A stretch of 64,000 bases of DNA from NCBI RefSeq assembly GCF_004010195.1, contig NC_057728.1:44976286-45040285 (forward strand). Direction: 5' to 3'. The notes beneath the pieces were generated by a model. The model did not search any database. It was given only the letters and a program-made list of their open reading frames with translations, and was not told the DNA's origin. This stretch comes from Chiloscyllium plagiosum. Taxonomy: Eukaryota. Below, one piece after another: positions 54,821-64,000 of the stretch. How positions within the stretch are numbered: the first letter of the stretch is position 1; each line of letters begins with the position of its first letter. The position numbers and the translations under genes were made by a program.

Positions 54821-55189
54821 CTACAAGTCTGATTCAGGCATGTCAGCCATTAAGTATCCAATACCATAGCGGCCGTTTGGAGCTGTGTCTGCTTCCGGAG
54901 TGGGGGATCCATTTTGTTTTCGGTAAATGTTGTTTCCAACCATTGGCGAGTGCATCTCAGTTGGGGTCTTGCTGTGTAGAAGACTGGCATCATCTTCTTC
55001 CAAGTTGGAGTTCTCCTTCAGAATCCGTCCTTTTTTGTAAGAGACTGAGGCCAGAGAGTTGGAGCCATCATCCATTATGTTAAAATAACGGATGATGAAG
55101 ACAACTGGGACAGGGAGTATGGCGACTAACACAAGGCCAATACAGACAGCCAAGCCCCACGTTGGGTAACTCAGAAATCTGTCAGCACC
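54821..55189 (-). CDS. SLC6A15: SLC6A15 terminal coding exon (369 nt incl. TAG), [12 protein letters not shown]...[18 protein letters not shown]
   Basis: ttttcctag|GGT acceptor; the tail [30 protein letters not shown] matches SLC6A15 rather than SLC6A17 (GRYGSGYLLASTPESEL) as I recall them. Confidence 0.95.
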   Translation of the reverse strand, partial: GADRFLSYPTWGLAVCIGLVLVAILPVPVVFIIRYFNIMDDGSNSLASVSYKKGRILKENSNLEEDDASLLHSKTPTEMHSPMVGNNIYRKQNGSPTPEADTAPNGRYGIGYLMADMPESDL

Positions 55190-57030
55190 CTAGGAAAATA
55201 GACAGAAGAATTCTAAAACAGACGTATTTGAATAATTTGTAATTTGCTTCTACTATGGGTTCAGCACTTCTTGGATTTTGTTTTGAATTTGCACTAATTT
55301 TCATAGGGAGTGAAACTGGCCTCTGTCAGAACCCAAGCCAGTATGACAGGAAATAAGCAAATCCATTTCCTTCATTGGAAAATGTTGCAAAGTGGGCTTC
55401 CAATTGGTTTCACATTCCTGTGATAAATTAATATTGCCCAAACAAAATCTTGTATTTTTCAATCACACCTCGGGATCTCTAAGACTGAGACTGACTCATC
55501 AATTCAAGCAGCCATTTTTGCAATCTAAGTGACAATGATAGATATCCAAATGAGATGCAAAACACTTTTTTTAACAGATCTAAAGGATTTAATATAATTA
55601 ATTAGATAATTTTTAAAAATCCCATGTTCAAAATTTGTCAGGGCTCAATCTTAAAGCATACAACTATCATGGATGACCCATGGCAATATATTTGACTCCA
55701 AGATCAGCTGCTGATTGCACAGCTCAGCTGTCATTACTTTCACCTCTGTAACATTTCCCAGCTCCATTCATTTCGTGCACAGCTGTTCTTTTACAACTCT
55801 AGGGGCAAAGCTTTTCCCTCGCTGAAAGTGATGAAAAAGGTAATGAAAAGGACAAAGATTGCGGGAGGGAGTGGCCCTGGAGAGATATTCAGCCCTTTCT
55901 TGCCTCAGCAACTGTGCTAGGAGAGCGGCTCCTTTGGGATCACATTCTTAGGGACAAGCGTTTGTAAGTTGGTCATTCGTAAATTCGAGGACGCCTGTAT
56001 TTTTAATGTAAATCTTGTGCCCTCACTTCCTTTAACTTCAACAATTTCTCTTTCATTTTACAATAGTAGTAACTTCTGCTATTGACAAATGTAGTTTTCG
56101 ACAATATTTTTCAAATTGTTGGATGGAATTATTTGAACACCGATTTTTAGTCAACGAATGAGGAGCATTTTGGGGTGACAATAGTTTGGCCCGCACCTTT
56201 AACTCCTAAGCCATTAGTTTGCCATCTCACTCCTGATAATCTGATGAACAGCATGTTATCATGCAGAGCTAGCTATTTTCAGGTTGTCCAGCTGACACTA
56301 GGGACTCCCACAGAAACAATTTCCAACAGGATAAGGGGGTGAGGAAGGAATTGGAAAAGTTTGCCGTTGGGAAAGACGAAACAGTGTACCAAGGTACCTT
56401 TGTGGTCAACAACAGCATTCCTGCTCCACTTGGCCAACAAGGAACTGCAACAGGTCAAAAGTAAGGACTTGCCTGCGTGTTGTGGTCTTTTGCTACCTTT
56501 TCTCAGCATTAATAACCCCTGGTCAGCCAACAGGCAATTTAAAAAAAATCCTGTACTGTTAGTATTAATGGCAGGGCCAGTATTTGTTGCCCAACCCTAG
56601 TTTTCCTGATTCTCTAAGCCATTTCATAAGGCACTTAACAGTCATCAACATCGCTGTGACCTGGAGTCACATGTAAATCAGACCAATTAAGGATGACAGA
56701 TTTCCTTCACTCAGGGACATGAGTAAACCAGATTAGTTTTTACAACAATTGGCAATGGTTGTCTTTAGACCAGCTTTTGATTCCAGATTCTTTTTTTAAT
56801 TGCTTTCAGATTTGACCATCTACCACAGTGGGATTCAAACCCATGTCCCAAAACGTTAAGCTGACAGTCTGAATTACTACTCCAGTGATTTCTCTGTTAC
56901 ACCACCACCTCCTCCAGTCACAGTGGTACACTTAATGTGATAACATCATCACAATGTGACTCAACCAATTTTACATTAGTTCCTATCGCTGTGGCAGGTG
57001 ATTGTTCCATGTCTGACTTCGAGCAAGTTG

Positions 57031-57212
57031 TGGAGGTTCCAGTGTTGGACGAGGATGGACAAAGTCAAAAGTCACACAACACACCAGGTTATAGCCCAAT
57101 AGGATTATTTGAAATCACCAACTTTCAGAGCCTAGCCCCTTCACCAAGCTCTAAAGGTTTGTGATTTCAAATAAACCTGTTGGCTATAACTTGGTGTCAT
57201 CTGGCTTCGGAT
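57031..57212. mobile_element. Palindromic insertion of a second Penelope-terminus family (intronic)
   Basis: Arms acaccaggttatagcccaataggattatttgaaatcac / gtgatttcaaataaacctgttggctataacttggtgt; candidate direct repeat ttc(ga/ag)gcaagttg at 57018-57030 and 57213-57225. Confidence 0.7.
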
Positions 57213-57302
57213 TTCAGGCAAGTTGATATTGTAGGTACAATTTGTGAACACATTGCAAAAACAAATGATGCTTCATAACTACCCTCAAGATTCCCATTTA
57301 AG

Positions 57303-57516
57303 TGGAGAAAGTGAGGACTGCAGATGCTGGAGATCAGAGCTGAAAATGTGTTGCTGGAAAAGCGCAGCAGGTCAGGCAGCATCCAAGGAACAGGAGAATC
57401 GACGTTTCGGGCATAAGTTTTCGGTTCCTGAAGAAGGGCTTATGCCCGAAACGTCGATTCTCCCCTGTTCCTTGGATGCTGCCTGACCTGCTGCGCTTTT
57501 CCAGCAACACATTTTC
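57303..57516. mobile_element. Palindromic Penelope-terminus-derived insertion in the last SLC6A15 intron
   Basis: Inverted arms; direct repeat attcccattta at 57290-57300 and 57517-57527; intact core at 57428-57455. Confidence 0.9.
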
Positions 57517-57883
57517 ATTCCCATTTAGAACTCAATCTCCAAATAGAGTTTTTCTAGTTTGGATCTCCAGCTCATCTATCAGTTCTTTCCTCTAAGGGGA
57601 TGGCAGTTTAAACATGACAATACTATGATTACAGTCAATGTTGGTCCATGGCTGAACATATTGATCAATATTAACGTTGGCCTGATATTTTTTCCTCCTG
57701 CAATGACAGATTCTGAAGTTCTGGAGCAGAGAAGGCTAATTGGTACTTCTGATCGGGAATTGCATTAATTGTCTACATATCCTGCTGTTAACAATTGAAT
57801 GTTATGACCCCAAATAACACATGTGCACATATATACGCACAGAATCACAAAGCAGCATGATTATTGATGTACACAACACTCAC

Positions 57884-58046
57884 CAATTCACTAATCCAGG
57901 CCTCGTAGCCTGGTGGACTCAAACACATCTGGACAATGCTTGCCACAAGCAAAGCAATCAAAATAAGTGGAGAAATGTATTTCCATGTGTAATAGTAATA
58001 TCGGAAAGGAGTGAATCCAAGCATATCCTTCAAGTCCTCCATGAAC
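57884..58046 (-). CDS. SLC6A15: SLC6A15 internal coding exon (163 nt), [11 protein letters not shown]...YEAWISEL
   Basis: tttatcag|G acceptor, TTG|gtgagt donor; motif WKYISPL...PPGY.AW. Confidence 0.96.
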
Positions 58047-58509
58047 CTGATAAAATTCAACAGAAAATCAAATGTTCTTTTTGTACAATTACTTTTATCA
58101 GTCTATAAAACAGAAAGTTCCGGAAGAAAGGGCCTCTTATCATGTTAGTTTTATTGTGGCAAATACACCTATGGCATGTTTCTTTTTAGGGTGAGTTCGG
58201 CAGCTTTGTAATATACTGAGTGGAGAAATACTTTGGCTCTTCGTTGAGGACATAGAAAATCTGAGGGGAGAACTTCCAATTCTAGAGGCAGAGAGGCAAC
58301 ATAAACAGGTAGGATGATGGCAATACCAGAACAGTGCCATCTTCCAACTGGGATTGAATTCTGGGTTGAAAGGTCAAGTTTGGGTTTTCCTGTCCCGCTG
58401 CCAGTTGAGACTTTAAGTAATTTATTAATGATCGCTGTATGAGCTATTCTTGCTAAGGCTGCAATTATTTCAACATCAAGCTGGACAAGTAAGAGTTGGC
58501 CAACCCAAA

Positions 58510-59805
58510 TGGCAAATCAGCGAAGGTGAATAAAATAACTCGTATCCCATCACCAAACCACTCCTTATTTACATTTGGAGTGTCCTTGATGCTGATCCAA
58601 CTCCCTCAGAGCCAGCTCTCAGAGTGAACAGAACCTCTGGCACTCCTGTTTATATCTGCCAGCCAGGGCTCCCTGATTGGAACGGATTAACAACCCCACT
58701 CTGAAGACTACCTGGCTGACCTGGTCACAATCACTACAACCCTCCCCTCTGAATCCCAGGACAATGGCCAGTTTCCTTTGTAGCTCCTCCTGGGGCAGTT
58801 TAGCACTGGGTCAGCTTCACCCAACTCTGCCTCTGACACGGGCAGCGTGTCATGCACAGTAGCTCGCCTCTTGTGCCCGGAGCGTCTCGGAAGAAATTCA
58901 TTCTCCTCTTCAGGTGACACATGTATTGAGGTGGCGACATATGCCATGTCTATCTCAGATTCCATGGTATCTTCAGCACCTGATGAAGTGGGAGAACCCA
59001 CAGGTTTAGGAACAGTCCAAAAGGCAGTTGAGGAGCTGGGCACATTTTGCACACACACAGTTTGCATTTTGCGTGTTTGTAGCTTTCATATTGTTCATGT
59101 GCTCGTTCAGGATCGTCACACCTACTCGAACTTTATATGTCACTAGACCTGACCTTGCATTGACCCCATGCCTCTTACCCATGCAAGGCCATTACCATGG
59201 TCCCTACACCAAACTTTATCCTCTGAAGTAAACTTTAGCAGAATCTTGTGTCTGGCACTGGCATTCCTAATGCCATTTCACCAACACCACCCCAGGTCCA
59301 GGAAGATCAGATTTAACATGGCTTGGAGTCTTCTGCCCATTAGCAATTCTGCTGGAGTTATCCCTTTAGTTGCATGATGGGTGGTGCTTTTATCAAATCG
59401 CAACTGGGACAGTTTGGCATCTAGAGAAGCTCTAGGCTGTTTGTTCAAGCATGCCTTCAAAGTTTGAACCTCTCTTTCAGAAGACCATTGGATAATGGAT
59501 GGTATCCAGCTGTCCTTATATGAGGAAAACCATTCGACTTTAGGAAATACTCAACTTCCCTGCTAGCAAATGATGGCCTATTATCTTGACCGACACTTCT
59601 GGGAGTTCATGTATTGCAAAAGACACATTCAGTTTTTCTACTGTAGTCCCCGTGTTTGACGAATGAACTCTGACTCAAAGTGGCTGGATGTGCAGTGTCC
59701 ACAATGACTAAGAATATGGAGTCCATGAAAGGACCTACATAGTTGATGTGGAACTGACTCCTGGGTTTACCCAGCAACTCCCATGAATGTGAGGGTGCTA
59801 ATTTA
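58510..59805 (-). mobile_element. Gypsy/Ty3 LTR-retrotransposon remnant (integrase, PPT, 3' LTR) in an SLC6A15 intron
   Basis: HSWE..GKPRS.FHINYVGPFM..IFLVIVD, HATKGITPAELLMGRRL; PPT AGAGGGGAGGG (~58740-58750) next to LTR start TGTAGTGA (58738). Confidence 0.82.
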
Positions 59806-59955
59806 TAATGCATAAATGAACAGCTTTGTTTACGTCACTCCAATAAGGTGTCTTTGAATCTGAATTCAGAATGGTCAAGTATAAATATTAATCTTCACTC
59901 AGATGATCTCCGAGTTCTCCTTTAAGAGGTAATTCTCTATCACTAATTCTCATTT

Positions 59956-59974
59956 GTGTCACTAGATGGCGTAG
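59956..59974 (+). promoter_or_regulatory. CTCF-like motif gtcACTAGATGGCGta (intronic)
   Basis: Motif resemblance only. Confidence 0.3.
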
Positions 59975-60155
59975 TACAGAGTACAAAGCTCACAAAGAAT
60001 AACTGCTGCCTGAACTGTGGAATAAAAACCTTGCATAACAAAACTAGAATATAATTTGATGGGAAATTATAATTGGCAGAACCAATATTTTCAGTCACTT
60101 CTTGTTACACCGCTTTTCGTAAATTTTGAAGTATCACAGGACTGTTGGTACATAC

Positions 60156-60315
60156 TTATCTGTGCCATAAACCCAAGCGATAACAATATTTTCCAGGATG
60201 ACCACAATTAGCAGGGGTAGTGTGGCGGAGTAATCATCAAACATGGTTACAAAGTAGTTTCCAGAGCGCTGCACAAAGAGGAGACCTACACTGAAAGCCA
60301 CGAGACAACAGCCAA
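60156..60315 (-). CDS. SLC6A15: SLC6A15 internal coding exon (160 nt), (I)[52 protein letters not shown](K)
   Basis: Not in the ORF track; read manually. ctctag|TT acceptor, AA|gtatgt donor; phases 1 and 2 fit the neighbouring exons. Confidence 0.95.
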
Positions 60316-61059
60316 CTAGAGTAAAGGAAAATATATATTACAGACCTGACAGATGGCCAAAGTACATTGCAAATCACCTACAAATAAGCTGACTGTAATC
60401 CTGTAATTGCTAGCAGAGTGAGCATGAAAAGGAAGCAGAGTTTTAAAATCGTAAGACTTTTCCACAATGTATTACTACAAGCAATACTCATTGAATAAAG
60501 GCACCAGTGTTCCCTGTCCAAAGCCATTCATGGGTCCACATTGAAAATAAAATTTATACATTGTCCACTGTGAGAGTTTCAATATTTATTTCTTTCACGT
60601 ACAAAGTCAGAGACAGAGAACTTGCTTGTTGGCCGATTTTGTATTTGAAGAATTGCCCTGAAGTCAAAGCTCCACAATGAAATGCTGAATCTTTCATATA
60701 ATTCCCAGGCAAGATTGAGCCACTGAGTCAAAATGTATGCTGAGTAAGCAAACTTTCTATTAGCTCAGTTGTGGCTCTTAACAATTTTTCTTTTTAATAA
60801 TAACAGGGGGAGGAAGAACTGTTAGATTAACAATAATTTCTCAAGCTGTCAGTCGCAGTCTGCAATCAGCATGTGTGGCTGAGTAAGGGAATTGCATTTG
60901 AGGGTTTCCATCACTGACAAATCCTGGTGAAGTTAAGTTTCAGTTTCTGAAAGCAGTGAGGCATGGATCATGGTGAAAACAGAGAAAGCAGTATTAAGCA
61001 TGTAAGCAAGCTGTTTTAGACGTTTTGAACTTTAAATTACAGAATGTTGGTAATAAACT

Positions 61060-61392
61060 CAAAGGGCATTGATAGGGTTGATAATAGGAAACTTTTTCCC
61101 ATAGTAGAGGGATCAATAGCTGGGGAATAAATTCAAAGTAAAGGGTTGGAGGATTAGAAGAGATTCAAGGAAGAATGTTTTCACTCAGTAGGTGATGGTT
61201 CTCTGGAACTCACGTAGAGGTAAGTGCCATGACAGCATTTAATAAATATTTAGATGACCATTTGAAGAGCCATAGCTTATCAGACTACAGACTAAATGCT
61301 GGTAAATTGAACTGGGAAAAGTAGATTCTTGATGACCAGCATGGACACAATGAACTGAAGGGCTTCTTCGTAAAACTCTATGGCTATGATTC
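61060..61392 (+). mobile_element. Old CR1 3' end (intronic)
   Basis: Degenerate ttcactcag..ggtg..ctggaactc and ctctatggctatgatt tail. Confidence 0.65.
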
Positions 61393-61730
61393 AAGAGGAT
61401 TCTGTTTCTGCAGTAAGTTCCAAGTAGGTTAATAGCAGAAGGGGTCAATCTATCCATCCAAAGAAACTTTGGTACCGATGTATTTATTTTCTATCTAAAT
61501 ATGACTTTGTTTTTTGACAGCCTTATGTGACCAATCAAATATTATAAGAAAATCGACTGATGAAAACATAACCTCTAAATGTGCAATTTTAAATGGAATG
61601 ATAAAGCCAAGCCTTCCTAAATCCTGTTCACTCGTATACAATTGAATGTTAACTGTCCTGGTAAAATTATCAAAGAGCAAAATCACAGCTTATTTTGGAA
61701 CAAGACAAAATGTTTCACAAAGTTACTTAC

Positions 61731-61923
61731 TGGTGAGAATTTCTTTGCGCATTTTGAATGTGTCAACAAGAGGGGTGAGTATTCCTTCAATGGTGCCAAA
61801 CATGCTGCCCAAGCCTAGATTTACTAACATCAGGAAGAACAACACTGACCAGAAGGGTGATGCTGGGAAGTGAGTCATGGCCTCAGTGAAGGCAATGAAG
61901 GCTAAGCCAGTTCCCTGCACAGC
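61731..61923 (-). CDS. SLC6A15: SLC6A15 internal coding exon (193 nt), [12 protein letters not shown]...KEILT
   Basis: Canonical [23 protein letters not shown] motif; tgcag|GCT acceptor, A|gtaagt donor. Confidence 0.97.
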
Positions 61924-62456
61924 CTGCAAAACAGAAAGCAAATAAAGAACATGTTAAGAATCAGGTTGTATGCATGTTAAAACACTGCAGAATTATGCTC
62001 CAGGATCTCGAATTCATGGGTAAATTTGGAATTTTTCAGCCTGTCTATAGTAAAGGTTTATTGGTGGTTCTAGAGACTGTACTCAGTCAAGTATAAGGTT
62101 TCTTCAGAACCTGAATCATTCACTGTTACTTTCGTATGAGTTCAGAATGGATCAGTTACTGACTACGTATGGCAAGAACAGACATCTCTTTTATTCAGGC
62201 AGATGTACCAGAGAGCATATGGCAGATGGAAATAATGATATTTGGGATGGCTTATATTTCCCTTTTATTCCAATAATCTCATCATTTCCATATACTCGCT
62301 AGGGTTGAGTGAGTTCTGCTTACACCTGCCCTCAGATTCAAAAGAATCTTTGACAGATGTTAAATCAATCAGTATCCTACAATAAATAACTCCATTACCC
62401 AGATAAGGTTTCCTTTATCCAGAAAAGCTCTATTCTTAGATTTACTGTAGACTTAC

Positions 62457-62649
62457 CTGGTTAAGTTCATCCTCTAATTGACATGAATCCAGGCCTAACT
62501 TTGGAAATTCCTCTTCCTTCACCTCCTTTATAATGTTGTACATCTGATGATAATCCGTTGCTGAAACATCTGATAAATTAACATGATGAGGAATGAGATC
62601 ATGACTGACTGCACCTACTTTAAGCATTTCCAGGATCTTGTCTGTGTTT
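62457..62649 (-). CDS. SLC6A15: SLC6A15 internal coding exon (193 nt), [10 protein letters not shown]...EDELNQ, extended extracellular loop
   Basis: Acceptor ttgcag|A, donor CAG|gtaagt; phase matches the previous exon; resembles the SLC6A15 loop (IPHHVNLS...KVKEEEFP). Confidence 0.95.
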
Positions 62650-62739
62650 CTGCAATGTAACACATGGAGCCAAATCAGTGTGAGTAACAACATGCAATCC
62701 TTGGGTGAAACTGGTATGGAATTGGGAATCATTACCCAC

Positions 62740-62981
62740 CTCACAATACATTTTTCATTGATAATATTCGCTTTAAAGCCTAAGACAGCAAACACTACCA
62801 GTGTTGCTAACACAGATGTAAAGAAATTGATGAAGGAGACAAGGACAGCATCAAAATGGCAGTTGTTATCTCGTTTGTTGTAACTGGAGAAAGCAATCAC
62901 ACCACCAAATCCCAGCCCGAGGGCAAAGAATACTTGGGTAGCAGCCCCTCTCCAGACCTGAGGGTCCAACATAATTTCCAA
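62740..62981 (-). CDS. SLC6A15: SLC6A15 internal coding exon (242 nt), [10 protein letters not shown]...NEKCIV(R)
   Basis: SLC6/NSS motif [30 protein letters not shown]; acceptor ctcacag|TTG and donor AG|gtgggt. Confidence 0.96.
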
Positions 62982-64000
62982 CTGTGAGGTAAGAAAAGAT
63001 ATTGTCATTAGTGCTCTGTGCAGACTCAGCCAATTCCATCATATATTCAAAGTACAGCAAAGATTTTTTGCTTACAAAGCACTACAGACCATCCCTAAGA
63101 TTTGCTACTGTAACATAAACTAGCTAAAACACATTCACCTTGCAGCCTTGGCATGACCATTGCCACAGGGCACTCTAAATGAACATTCAAGATATTGCCA
63201 TAAAAAACAATTTAAAATTAGCTGGTGACTGCCACAGAAGGTTCCACATAAACTTCTACTTACTATTACATTTTCTGATATATCTCCCCTCTTGTCACTC
63301 ATATGGTACTGCGAGTTATTTCTGCATTTTCTCTGCAGCTTTCTTACTTGCTATTCATCTGTTTAGATATCAACTGTGTTCAAACTACTGTAATGACACA
63401 CCAAATGTGTTCAAATGGCTTCCAATATCATGACAACTACCATCTAGAAGGACTAGGGAAGCAGATATGTGAGAATACCACAACTGCAAATTCCCCTCAA
63501 AGTCACTCACTATCCTGATGTGGAAATAAATCCCCAATCCTTCAGAGTCACTAGGTCAAAATCCTGGAAATCCTTCCCAGTGGCATTGTGAGTTCACCTA
63601 CACCAAGTACTCTGCAGTGACAAAAGGAAGCAGCTCACTACCACCTTCTTAAGGGCAACTTGTGATGGGGCAATGAATGCTAGCCCACCCAGCAATGCTC
63701 ATATCCAATGAATAAATGACAAAAAGAGGAGATATTGGAATAAGAAGAAAGAGAATGAATATATAAATAGAGGTTTTAAATAGTGGTGCTAGGTGCCATT
63801 TCTAAAAGTGAGAACTAATCGGAATTGGGACAACAGACAATCTTTCACTATGGTCTCTTTAATTAGATTGGATTTATGATGTATTTTGTAGATAACTAAT
63901 TGCAGTACAATTTAAATGGTAAAATTATGTATAATTTACAATACAGAAGCATGCTATTCAAAGAAACTGGTCTTTTCTGGTGCTTATGCTTGTATACTCT

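Noticed and set aside
54821..62981. SLC6A17 or SLC6A16 identity
   Set aside because: The C-terminal tail and loop match SLC6A15
62442..63008. 188-aa ORF as a single exon with its own start
   Set aside because: It spans two exons plus a 90-nt intron and intronic flanks

Overview
Eukaryotic, AT-rich vertebrate genomic DNA. The repeat families point to a shark (inference); there are no prokaryotic features. The only host gene I can support is the 3' half of SLC6A15 (B0AT2 neutral amino-acid transporter) on the minus strand: six coding exons between 62981 and 54821, all GT-AG and phase-consistent. The 5' exons lie beyond the right edge. The remaining ~52 kb is intergenic and dense in decayed retroelements (CR1 with SGNH-esterase ORF1, Rex1/Babar, L2, RTE, Penelope-like elements, a Gypsy remnant, tRNA-derived SINEs, probable PIF/Harbinger relics), with one 145-N gap. 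Three structures stand out. (1) At least five short palindromic insertions derived from Penelope termini, flanked by 11-15 bp direct repeats and carrying minimal hammerhead-ribozyme cores, one of them inside an SLC6A15 intron. (2) A ~3.6 kb 47-bp minisatellite that grew inside a single SINE, with higher-order structure and a nested opposite-strand SINE that captured satellite units. (3) A ~97-bp inverted duplication of local DNA fused by microhomology to a SINE 5' end. Repeat boundaries were read by eye and are approximate.
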